Shown here piece after piece: positions 27,541-36,610 of a DNA stretch of 64,000 bases (the first letter of the stretch is position 1; each line of letters starts with the position of its first letter). The notes below the pieces were generated by a model. The model did no database searches. It saw only the letters and a program-made list of their open reading frames with translations, and was not told the origin of the DNA. The DNA is from Alphaproteobacteria bacterium. Its GTDB lineage: Bacteria; Pseudomonadota; Alphaproteobacteria; UBA2966. The stretch is taken from NCBI GenBank assembly GCA_018650465.1, contig JABIFY010000104.1:6107-70106 (forward strand), given 5' to 3'. The translations under genes and the position numbers were made by a program.

Positions 27541-28794
27541 CTAGCTCGCAATGTCTTTCATGGCGGCGAGGAAGTCAGCGACTTCTTCTTCCGTATTGTA
27601 GTGGCACATGCTTACCCGCACGCAATCTTCACGGCCCAGAGGCCCCAGGATATTGCCAGAGAAATGATCATTTTTGCGAGCGTGGGTACGAATGCCTTTT
27701 TCACGCAAGGCGCTGACAACGTCGACGGCTGACTTGCCTTCAACGGCCAGGGACACCAAGCCTTCGCGCAGGGGATTGTCGATGCCGCCAATGATGAAGA
27801 CATTGGACATGGACGCCAGTCCTTCCTGGCCACCGGCCCCATACAACATGGCATCGGTCAGGGCTTTTTCATGGGCATGGATGGCTTTGCCCGCTGCGTT
27901 AATACGGGTGCGGCGATCTTCAGAGTCTGTAAAATGCGCCCCCAGCCAATCAAAATAATTTACCACATCGGAAAACGTCGCATAGGATGCTGTATCGCGT
28001 GTGCCAAGGTCCCATTGATCTGCGGGTGCACCAATCAAGCTGTTGTGTGGCAGGTTGCCCAAGCGTTCAGACACCCAGGCAATGCCATAGCCATGTCGGG
28101 AAAATACCTTGTAGGGGGAGATGGCATAACCGTCGATGTCGTAGCTATCGATATCCAGGCCACCATGGGCGGCGTGCTGGATACCATCGATGATGATGTA
28201 ACAGTCTGGCGATACCTCGCGGATCAGTTTGGCGATGCTGGCCACATCCACGGCCATGCCGGTGACGGGTGAGGTGTGCAAAATGGTGGCCACGCGGGTG
28301 TCGGCATTTACATAAGCGCGATAGTCTTCCGCCGAAACCGATCCGGTTTCATCATTGTGCGGCACGCGGATAAATTCGCGGTTGGCAATTTTGGACCAGC
28401 GGGCACAGGCACTGACTGAGGCCGGATGTTCCAGCGTACTGCCGACAACATTACCGCCTTCGGGGGCTTCGATGATGGCCGTACTGATCAGGCGGAACAG
28501 CAATTCGGTGCCGCTTTCGCCGACAAAGACCGGACCTTTGGCTGCACCCAAAAAGCTGCGGATATCTTCTTTGGCCTGATTGATCAAGCGCACCAGTTCG
28601 TACGATGCCGGATTGTCGCGGCCCTGGTTGTCCGGGATTTTCGCAAGTTCCGTGGATCGTTCCACCACTGACTTCAAGGTCAGGGCACCACCGGCATTTT
28701 CAAAAAAGATGCGTTTGCCCTGGACGGGGCAGGTGTCCACATGCTCGAAGCGATCCCGGATTTCTTCCATTAACCCGTCTTTGTTTGCAAACAT
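27541..28794 (-). CDS. Class V aminotransferase (cysteine desulfurase / isopenicillin-N-epimerase-like, PLP-dependent).
   Basis: PLP fold type I class V pattern. A Lys-containing segment is present (GYAISPYKVF), and HTSPVTG. I placed the start at ATG 28794 (MFANKDG). The 5' extension of the track ORF has no ribosome-binding-site support. Confidence 0.72.
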   Translation of the reverse strand: MFANKDGLMEEIRDRFEHVDTCPVQGKRIFFENAGGALTLKSVVERSTELAKIPDNQGRDNPASYELVRLINQAKEDIRSFLGAAKGPVFVGESGTELLFRLISTAIIEAPEGGNVVGSTLEHPASVSACARWSKIANREFIRVPHNDETGSVSAEDYRAYVNADTRVATILHTSPVTGMAVDVASIAKLIREVSPDCYIIIDGIQHAAHGGLDIDSYDIDGYAISPYKVFSRHGYGIAWVSERLGNLPHNSLIGAPADQWDLGTRDTASYATFSDVVNYFDWLGAHFTDSEDRRTRINAAGKAIHAHEKALTDAMLYGAGGQEGLASMSNVFIIGGIDNPLREGLVSLAVEGKSAVDVVSALREKGIRTHARKNDHFSGNILGPLGREDCVRVSMCHYNTEEEVADFLAAMKDIAS

Positions 28795-28929
28795 GCTGCC
28801 TGGTCCCTTATTTGATCTTGGCTGAATATCAGGTGCGGTGGTGGTTCCGCCATCCTGTTCGGTCCCGGTTATAGCGTTGTTGCGCCGGGCTGAAAACGAT
28901 ATCGTCACATTTTTTGGAGGAATATTGCC

Positions 28930-29712
28930 ATGAGCCTGCTGGGTCAGAAGTTGTTTGAGGGTGAAATTGCGCTGGTAACTGGCGCTGCGTCCAATATTGG
29001 CCGTGCCGTCGCTGTTCGGTTGGCGGGCGAGGGGGCTCAGCTTGTACTGACGGATGTGGATGATGGGCGCCTGAAAGCTGTTGCTGCGGAAATCGCGGAA
29101 ACCGGCGGCACTGCCCGTTCGATTGTGGCTGACTTGTCCGTTAAAGATGGCTGGCATACAGTTCGGGACAGCGTTGCCGATACCCCACCAGCCATTTTTG
29201 TGCATTCCGCTTGCCCCAAACGTCACGAAGTTGATACCGCCCTGAACGTGTCAGAGGAAACCTTTGACGCCATGCTGACCACCAATTTACGCTCCGGCTT
29301 CATGCTGGGTCGGGATGTTGCACGGAACATGGTGCGGGACAAACTGGCCGGGCGGCTGTTGTTCATGACCTCCCTGCATGCTTTTACACCGCGCAACCTG
29401 CCGCATTATTCAGCCTCGAAGGCTGGCATGACCATGATGATGAAGGAGCTGGCCCGCGATCTGGGACCTGCAGGTATTCGCGTGAACGGCATCGCACCAG
29501 GGGCGATTCCCGGCGGTGGTTTTGCCACCAGTGATGATGAATTCCAGCCCAAACGCAAAATCCCCATGGGCCGGTTTGGCGAGGCTGATGATATAGCACG
29601 GGCGGCTGTGGGCCTGTTGTGTAATGAGTTAAATGGTTACGTCACCGGCACAACGCTGGATGTGGACGGTGGCCTGCAATTGTTCAACTGGATTGATTTT
29701 CCGCAAAATTGA
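28930..29712 (+). CDS. SDR-family oxidoreductase (short-chain dehydrogenase).
   Basis: TGAASNIGRAV Rossmann motif and the YSASK catalytic motif are present. Confidence 0.85.
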   Translation: MSLLGQKLFEGEIALVTGAASNIGRAVAVRLAGEGAQLVLTDVDDGRLKAVAAEIAETGGTARSIVADLSVKDGWHTVRDSVADTPPAIFVHSACPKRHEVDTALNVSEETFDAMLTTNLRSGFMLGRDVARNMVRDKLAGRLLFMTSLHAFTPRNLPHYSASKAGMTMMMKELARDLGPAGIRVNGIAPGAIPGGGFATSDDEFQPKRKIPMGRFGEADDIARAAVGLLCNELNGYVTGTTLDVDGGLQLFNWIDFPQN

Positions 29713-29805
29713 TTACTTTTCCTCAGAAACATCCTGGAAACCTTCTGCCTGAGAGATCGGTGCATAGTCCTGTCAACAGAGAATCATTCAACAAAGGACA
29801 GGACG

Positions 29806-30033
29806 ATGACAAACAACACAGAAATGACAACCGGCAACCCTCTTCTCGATCTGGCGATCCGCCTGGCGTCCGTCGTCAGCTTGTTGGGCATTGCTGCCAT
29901 ATTCTATCAAGAAGTCGCAACTACCAGCGCAACTTCACCCTGGCCCCTGTTTTTTGCCCTTGCCTCAGTCGCTTTGTTGGCAATCAGTGCCCTGGTTCAG
30001 AAATTTCGCATTCAACGGGCAGAGGCAGTGTGA
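29806..30033 (+). CDS. Small membrane protein (2 TM), hypothetical.
   Basis: Two hydrophobic helices. There is no homology evidence, and the call is weak. Confidence 0.3.
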   Translation: MTNNTEMTTGNPLLDLAIRLASVVSLLGIAAIFYQEVATTSATSPWPLFFALASVALLAISALVQKFRIQRAEAV

Positions 30034-30090
30034 TGTTGTTGATCAGCATTCTGATAATAGCTAAAGGTCGGGGCCAAACAGCGACTGGTC

Positions 30091-30777
30091 TTATTTCAAA
30101 AATTCGATGCTACTGCCGGACATCTGCAACATCTTCATGATGCGCTCTCTCGGCCAGGTGCGCGGGGCCGAGGGCGGCGTATTGGCCCCGGTGACGTCCG
30201 TGCCCCAACCAGGCTTGTCGATCACCACAGATTTCCCGTTTGCCGTCACCGTGATGGAACTGGGCTGGCCTTGTGCTCCCGGTGTCGGCAGCAAGACAAT
30301 ACAGCCCGCATAGTTTTTATCGACAATCGCCAGCACATGGGTGCCGCGAATACCGATGGTCGCCAACGGTGTTTTCAGGGTCACCATGGGCCCGTTCAGT
30401 TTGGCGATCTTGCCCGACAAATAGCGAAAAGCCCCACTGACCACACTGACCTGGAACTGATTTGCCATAGACATATGCGGTGAATAGACCAGATCATCCA
30501 GCGTGATATTGGCTTCCGGCCCGATGGAGATTTCACTGTCATCAATGAACGTGATTTTCATGCGGCCAAATGGGCCGGTAATCAATTGTTCTCCCTTACG
30601 GACGGGAACGTTCTTCATGACATCCAGCGCCACACCCGCCCCTGGCGATGCCGCCGCTTGTCGGGCTGTCGTAATTGTCCCGATTTCAGGATTGGGCTGC
30701 TCGGCTGCAAAGGCGAAATTGGCCAGGAAGCCGGTGAGGCACAGACTTGCGCCAAAGACTAAATCTGTGAACTTCAC
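30091..30777 (-). CDS. Secreted hypothetical protein (FecR-like domain possible).
   Basis: Signal peptide MKFTDLVFGASLCLTGFLANFAFA. The start overlaps the upstream ligase stop. Confidence 0.5.
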   Translation of the reverse strand: MKFTDLVFGASLCLTGFLANFAFAAEQPNPEIGTITTARQAAASPGAGVALDVMKNVPVRKGEQLITGPFGRMKITFIDDSEISIGPEANITLDDLVYSPHMSMANQFQVSVVSGAFRYLSGKIAKLNGPMVTLKTPLATIGIRGTHVLAIVDKNYAGCIVLLPTPGAQGQPSSITVTANGKSVVIDKPGWGTDVTGANTPPSAPRTWPRERIMKMLQMSGSSIEFLK

Positions 30778-32297
30778 TCTATCTGCTCCCTCAACACGCG
30801 TTTTAAAACCTTGCCGGTGGCATTCCTTGGCAATTCATCAATGAATTCGACGCGGGCCGGAATTTTGAATTTGGCGAGTTTGTCGCGGCAGTAATCGATC
30901 ACATCATCCGGTTCCAGTGATGCATCCGGGGCTTTGACGACGACAGCGCAGCCGATTTCGCCCCAGCGCTCGTCGGGTAAGCCGATGACAGCTACGTCGG
31001 CGAGGCCCTCCAGCTTAAACAAGGTGCTTTCGACTTCTGCCGGATACACATTTTCGCCGCCGGAAATGTACATGTCCTTCCAGCGGTCGACGATGAAGTA
31101 ATGCCCCTGGTCATCGACCCGGCAGGCATCGCCGGTGCGCAGCCAACCGTCCGTAATGGCCTCGGCGGTGGCTTCCGGGCGGTTCCAGTAACCTGGCGTG
31201 ATATTCGGTCCCTTGACCCACAATTCGCCAGTCACACCGACAGCTGCATCCTGGCCATCCTCGCCCACGACCCGGACCTGAGTATGCAGGCCCGGTTTGC
31301 CGGTGGAACCTGGATTGGCAAGCGCCATTTCTGCATTCTGAACCAGGACCAGAGGGCTGGTTTCCGTCATGCCATAACCCTGTTGCAAAGCAATGCCGAT
31401 CTCGCCGTAGGTTTCCAGCAAGGGCACGGGCGTTGGTGCGCCGCCGATCCCGGCGCAAACAAGGCGGGAGAAATCCGTCGTGGCAAATTCCGGGTGCTGG
31501 CTCATAAACAGATAATTCGCCGGCACGCCAAAAAAATGTGTGACGCCAAGGTCTGCATCGCCGATCAGGCGCAGGACTTCGCCAGGCTCAAAAGCCCGCA
31601 TGATCAGGGATGTCCCGCCTGTGTGCAGGCAGACCGAGGTATAACAATTCAGGCCGCCCGTATGGAACAGGGGCAGGATCGTCAGGGTCACACTGTCGGG
31701 TGTGATTCGCGCCGGAGCGCCCAAATTGACCGCATTATAAAAGCCCATGCCATAGGTGTTCATGGCCCCCTTGGGCAGGCCCGTCGTGCCTGAGGTATAC
31801 ATAACGGTCCAGACATCGTCCTGAGTGAGGTCGGCGAGATCGGGGGTTGTTTCTGCACCGGCAATGGCTGCTTCAAAGTCGGTATCCCCGCCACCGCCGG
31901 TGGTCTCAATGAAATGCTCAATGGTGGTGCTTTTCTTCAGGGCGGCGGCCTCATCGGCGAAGGCGAGGTCGTGGATCAGTACTTTTGGTTCGGCATCCTT
32001 GATGATGAAGTCCAGCTCATGCACCGTCAATCGCCAGTTCAAGGGCAGGAAAATGGCCCCGATTTTGGCGCAGGCGCTTTGAATTTCCATCATGTCGGTG
32101 GAGTTCATGGCCAGCACACCGACCCGGTCCCCTTTGGCGATGTCACAGTTCTTTTGCAAATGCCAGGCAAGGCGGCAGCAACGCTCTTCTGCCTGAAGGT
32201 AAGTGAAGCTGCGCCCCGAATGCAGATCGACCCAGACGGTTTTGTCGGGCGTAAAGTTGGCGTGGTGGGCCAGCCAGTCATAATGGCGAACGGTCAT
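30774..32297 (-). CDS. AMP-dependent acyl-CoA synthetase (fatty-acid-CoA ligase).
   Basis: AMP-binding motif YTSGTTGLPKGA. The C-terminal GKVLKRVLRE motif is present. Confidence 0.85.
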   Translation of the reverse strand: MTVRHYDWLAHHANFTPDKTVWVDLHSGRSFTYLQAEERCCRLAWHLQKNCDIAKGDRVGVLAMNSTDMMEIQSACAKIGAIFLPLNWRLTVHELDFIIKDAEPKVLIHDLAFADEAAALKKSTTIEHFIETTGGGGDTDFEAAIAGAETTPDLADLTQDDVWTVMYTSGTTGLPKGAMNTYGMGFYNAVNLGAPARITPDSVTLTILPLFHTGGLNCYTSVCLHTGGTSLIMRAFEPGEVLRLIGDADLGVTHFFGVPANYLFMSQHPEFATTDFSRLVCAGIGGAPTPVPLLETYGEIGIALQQGYGMTETSPLVLVQNAEMALANPGSTGKPGLHTQVRVVGEDGQDAAVGVTGELWVKGPNITPGYWNRPEATAEAITDGWLRTGDACRVDDQGHYFIVDRWKDMYISGGENVYPAEVESTLFKLEGLADVAVIGLPDERWGEIGCAVVVKAPDASLEPDDVIDYCRDKLAKFKIPARVEFIDELPRNATGKVLKRVLREQIE

Positions 32298-32348
32298 AAT
32301 TTTCTCCCCGAACCTTTATCGTTTCTCTTGTGCTGTCATGCAGGCTGG

Positions 32349-33540
32349 TCAGATCCCCATCTGACGGGCGACAAGATCACGCATGATTTCTTCCGATCCA
32401 CCGCCGATGGCCATGACCCGGACTTCACGATAAATCCGCTCCACCCGGCAGCCGCGCATATAACCGGCCCCGCCAAGAATTTGCATGGCTTCGCGGGCGC
32501 AGAACTCCATGGTCAGGGTCGACTGAACTTTCAACATGGACAAGTCCGCCACCGGTCGCTCACCTTCAGCCACCCGCTGGGCGCATTGTTCCAGATAAGC
32601 TTGCGTTGCGTTGATCTTGCGGGCCATCTCGGCAAATTTGTGGCGGATAACCTGATGGTCGGCCAGGCGCTGGCCAAAGGTCTGGCGGTCACGGGCCCAG
32701 GCCAGGGCATCCTCCAGGCAGACCCGCGCCAGGGCATTGGCACTGGCCGACATCCACAGGCGTTCGTTATTGAAATTCTTCATGATTCCGGCGAAGCCCT
32801 TGTTTTCTTCACCGATCAGATTTTCCACAGGCACGCGCACATCATCGAAATAAAGCGCCGCGGTGTCCGATGCCCACCAGCCCTGCTTTTTCAGTTCCGT
32901 CCGGGTAAAGCCCTCACGGTCTCGTTCGATCAGCAGCAGAGATATACCAGCATTACCGTCACCGCCCGTGCGTACAGCGACGGAATAATAATCAGCCCGC
33001 ATACCGCCCGTGATGAACATTTTCGATCCGTTGACCACATAATGATCACCGTCCAGCACAGCGCGTGTCTTCAGATTGGCAACGTCTGATCCACCTGAAG
33101 GTTCGGTGATAGCCAGGGCATGGATTTTATCCCCGGAGAGAACCTGGGGGGCGATCCGTTGTTTTAATTCATCCGAGCCCACGGCCATAACCGGCGGCAG
33201 GCCGATATTATGGACCAGCAAACTGGCATTGATACCGCCCGCACTACAGCGCGCCATTTCTTCTGCGGTGACCAACAGGAAAAAAGGGTCATCGACCGGC
33301 GTGCCGCCATATTCTTCCGGATAGCCAACACCCAGCAAACCAACGTCAGCCGCCTTTTTGTACAGCCCACGCGGAAAGCCACCGGCTTCGTCCCATTCAT
33401 CCACATGGGGCATGATTTCCTGATCAACAAAGGCCCGCAAAGTGGCCCGCCAGGCGTGGTGGTCATCAGTATAGGCGGGGCCCTGGTAGCGATGATCAAA
33501 ATCAAAAGGGCTTTCGCCGCCGTGATAATCTGCTGGCATG
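32349..33540 (-). CDS. Acyl-CoA dehydrogenase.
   Basis: ACAD fold is present, with a C-terminal catalytic Glu region (YREVRVMAIGGGSEEIMRDLVARQMGI). I placed the start at ATG 33540 (MPADYHG). Confidence 0.85.
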
Positions 33541-33699
33541 TTTTGTTTCCCGGAAGTTGTCGCAATGCTTGCCGGGAAGTGTGCCACGCCTGAAACTGAA
33601 ATCAAGTCGTGACAGTGCCTGCGGAAATATAACTTACTATTAAGTGTTTGATATGGCACTATTTCCAGATTGTGCAGGGGCACATGAATTGGGGATCAA

Positions 33700-34131
33700 A
33701 TGACAAGGTCAGGTGCTGAGCGCCCATCCGATGTTCGCCGCGAGGAATTCCAAAAGGGAAAAGTCATCTTCGAAGATGGTGACCTGGGCGGTCGTGTCTT
33801 TGTCGTGGAAAAAGGTTGTGTCGAGCTTTCCAAGAGGGTGGGTGCTGAAAAACGTGTTCTGGGCACGCTGGGCGAAAATGAAATATTTGGCGAATTGTCC
33901 GTACTGACAAATGAGCCCCGTTCGGCGACGGCGACAGCCCTTGAATATACGGTTTGTCTGACGGTTTCAGACTCTGAAATCAAGGAACGCATGAAGTCAG
34001 CCGACCTGTTCGTTCAGGCCCTGATCCGCATCTTGATCAATAACCTGAGAGAAACGACCAACCGATTTGTGATTGGTGACTCTGAGAAAGATGGTGACGT
34101 TGAGAAAGATGGGGACGCGGCTGAAAACTGA
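33700..34131 (+). CDS. Stand-alone cyclic-nucleotide-binding (cNMP, CAP-effector-type) domain protein with no DNA-binding domain.
   Basis: cNMP-binding beta-roll signature IFEDGDLGGRVFVVEKGCVEL...GENEIFGELSVLTNEPRSATATA. The protein is 143 aa. Confidence 0.6.
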   Translation: MTRSGAERPSDVRREEFQKGKVIFEDGDLGGRVFVVEKGCVELSKRVGAEKRVLGTLGENEIFGELSVLTNEPRSATATALEYTVCLTVSDSEIKERMKSADLFVQALIRILINNLRETTNRFVIGDSEKDGDVEKDGDAAEN

Positions 34132-34153
34132 CTGCCGCATCCCCTTCGCAAAG

Positions 34154-34858
34154 TTAAGCCAGCAACCAACCACCATCCACATCGACAGTTGTGCCGGTGA
34201 CAAAATCATTTTCGATCAGGAACATAATACCTTTGGCTGCTTCTTCCGCTGTACCGGCACGTTTGACGGCATGACTTGCGGTAATGTTGCTGTAAAGGTC
34301 TTCGCGATCCTTGCCTTTCAGATCGACGATGGGTGTGTCGATAAATCCGGGCGACATGACATTGATACGGCGTGGCGCGATTTCGTTGGCAAGACCACGG
34401 ACCAGGGCTTCGACGGCAGAGCCAACGGCGGACAGGGAAATCTGACCGGGTTTGGGGTTGCGGGCGGGCGTGCCGCTGACCACAACGATGGCACCGTTTT
34501 CGGTCAGATGTTCGGCGCCGAAACGAATGATGTTGGCATAGCCCCACAGTTTGTCGAACGATGACTGGAAGGCGTCCATATCCATATCAAGGAACGGTCC
34601 GGCTGAGCGAGAGCCGCCTGTGGCGGAACTGACCAGAATATCAAAAGGCGCACATTCTGCGAACAATTTTTCCAGGGCGGCTTTATCCCGCACGTCGCAT
34701 GCTTTCAGAGTGATACCAGCCGGCACGTCGCCAGCCTTGTCAGGGTTGCGGCTGATGGCGATAACCTCGGCCCCCTGGGCGGCCAGTTGTTTGGCTGTGG
34801 CCAGACCAATGCCTGAGGTGCCGCCAAAGACGATGGCTTTTTTGCCTGCGATATCCAT
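34154..34858 (-). CDS. SDR-family oxidoreductase.
   Basis: KKAIVFGGTSGIGLATA Rossmann motif. I placed the start at ATG 34858. The 461-aa track ORF is an antisense read-through into the divergent gene. Confidence 0.8.
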   Translation of the reverse strand: MDIAGKKAIVFGGTSGIGLATAKQLAAQGAEVIAISRNPDKAGDVPAGITLKACDVRDKAALEKLFAECAPFDILVSSATGGSRSAGPFLDMDMDAFQSSFDKLWGYANIIRFGAEHLTENGAIVVVSGTPARNPKPGQISLSAVGSAVEALVRGLANEIAPRRINVMSPGFIDTPIVDLKGKDREDLYSNITASHAVKRAGTAEEAAKGIMFLIENDFVTGTTVDVDGGWLLA

Positions 34859-34965
34859 GTGTGAAGTCTTTCGTTTGGGTTGTTGATTCGGCGGCAGTAT
34901 ATCGAAATGCAAGCGCAATCCAATGAAGTGCTTCAACAATGTCTTGATTTTTGCCAGGATAATCA

Positions 34966-36168
34966 TTGAAATCAGGTGACAGGGCCGCAGTGGAAGGGAC
35001 GTTGGTGATGAGTATTCAGGAAAAGTCAGAAGATAAGGCCGATGTATATGGCGCTGAAATGCAGGCTTATTTACGCGCAGGCGAAGAAAAGGCAATGGCT
35101 CTCGGCAATCGCGGGCCGATCCGGTTCGATGCGGAAGGCAAGTTGGCGGCGGATATTCTGGATGCTTATTGGCGTTGTGGATTTTATGTCTTTGAAGGTG
35201 TTTATGACGCAACCGAACTGGCCGAACTGGAAGCCGACCTGAAAGCAGAAGTGCTGGACCGCCTGCCAGTTGAGGAAGGCGCTTTTCTTGACGCCAAAAG
35301 CCGCCCGGCGATCGGAGTGGACTGCGAAGCCCCAACCTTGTTCTGGGCCAAACCGCTGGGCGATCCCTTTGGCGGCTCCGATCTTGCCAACGGGCGGCAC
35401 CCTGTAAAAATGGCCGAACCCGTGCCCGACCAGTCTGCGCCAAAGGATATTGTCTATCTGATATTGGGATCCTTGCAATTTTCCGAAGCCTGTTTGCGGG
35501 CCTATGGCCATCCGGATTTACTGGCCGTTGCTGCCGCAATCAATGGCGAGGATTTTGTGCCTTTCACGGATGCCTTGTTCATCAAGGAGCCGGGACTTGG
35601 GGCGTCCGTCGCCTGGCACCAGGATGGCACCACCTTGTGGGATGATGATGACTGGGACGAAGGCAGCCACGGATTCAATTTCATGGGCCAGCTTTATGGC
35701 TGCACCGCGGCCAACGGTGTCTGGGTGTTGCCCGGATCGCATAAGCTGGGCCGGGTTGATATCAAGGCACTTGTGGCGCAAGCCGGGTCCGAGCGCCTGC
35801 CCGATGCCGTACCGATCATCTGCGCGCCGGGCGATGTGGCCATCACCAATCGTCAGGCCCTGCATGGCTCCTTCGCCAACACCAGCAAGGACTGGCGCAT
35901 CACCATCAATATGGGCTTTCATCGCCGCGCGTCGGTGCTGGGTGTCCTCGGCGGTGGTGTGCATGCAGCTCCGGCTGTTTATGACGAAAAACATATCAAG
36001 GAACGCGCTCGAATGATCGACCTTGCCATCGATGCCCGCCGCCAGCATTTCCCGTCTGAAATACCTTTCGACTATGCACCGTCACGTGAAAGCAACGAGG
36101 TCATTTCATGGCAGCCCGGATCGAAGGAAACCCTGAAGGATTACAATTTGCGGGATATGAGCATCTAG
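34966..36168 (+). CDS. Phytanoyl-CoA dioxygenase (PhyH)-family Fe(II)/2-oxoglutarate-dependent oxygenase.
   Basis: PhyH-like HxD...H facial triad context (VAWHQDG...HGS). The track start is TTG 34966. ATG 35008 is an alternative start. Confidence 0.6.
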   Translation: MKSGDRAAVEGTLVMSIQEKSEDKADVYGAEMQAYLRAGEEKAMALGNRGPIRFDAEGKLAADILDAYWRCGFYVFEGVYDATELAELEADLKAEVLDRLPVEEGAFLDAKSRPAIGVDCEAPTLFWAKPLGDPFGGSDLANGRHPVKMAEPVPDQSAPKDIVYLILGSLQFSEACLRAYGHPDLLAVAAAINGEDFVPFTDALFIKEPGLGASVAWHQDGTTLWDDDDWDEGSHGFNFMGQLYGCTAANGVWVLPGSHKLGRVDIKALVAQAGSERLPDAVPIICAPGDVAITNRQALHGSFANTSKDWRITINMGFHRRASVLGVLGGGVHAAPAVYDEKHIKERARMIDLAIDARRQHFPSEIPFDYAPSRESNEVISWQPGSKETLKDYNLRDMSI

Positions 36169-36187
36169 ATTTTGATTGTGGTGAAAT

Positions 36188-36610
36188 CTAACGCCGGGTC
36201 TGAAAAACCAGTAGATAGGGTATCGCCGGATTGTTCGATGTATCGCGGAAGGCGATATGCTTGCCATTGGGTGAGTTGAACCAGATGGCATAGGCCTTGC
36301 CCGGTTCCAGTCGCACAGGTGCCGCATTGGTGCGGGCATTGATATAACGAACTTCCCCCGCGATTTCCGGGAAGGTCTCGCTTGTATGGATCACCCAGGA
36401 CCACATTTTTTCCGTCATCATGTCTTTGCTGAAGGTCACCTGGATTTCCGTCAACAAGGGATCGACGTTGGTGTCTCCCGCCCGGGGAATGGTTTCGACG
36501 ACAACGGGCGGTGAATTGGCGACGGACACAGTTTGTTGAGCGACAGCGTCAGAAGTTGGCGTGGCGATTAACATCAAAATGACAACAGATAGTCGCAGCA
36601 TTGGTATCAT
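36188..36610 (-). CDS. Secreted hypothetical protein.
   Basis: Signal peptide MIPMLRLSVVILMLIATPTSDAVAQ. The gene is translationally coupled to the upstream kinase gene: the stop and start overlap (ATGA). Confidence 0.45.
   Translation of the reverse strand: MIPMLRLSVVILMLIATPTSDAVAQQTVSVANSPPVVVETIPRAGDTNVDPLLTEIQVTFSKDMMTEKMWSWVIHTSETFPEIAGEVRYINARTNAAPVRLEPGKAYAIWFNSPNGKHIAFRDTSNNPAIPYLLVFQTRR

Noticed and set aside
31914-33089. 391-aa plus-strand ORF
   Set aside because: It is antisense to the acyl-CoA ligase and ACAD genes. Its composition is Gly/His/Pro-rich and typical of a shadow ORF in high-GC DNA.
34154-35539. 461-aa minus-strand ORF
   Set aside because: Only the 3' 705 bp (34154..34858, SDR with a proper start at MDIAGKK) is coding. 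The Arg/Pro-rich 5' two-thirds is the antisense reading of the plus-strand PhyH-like gene.
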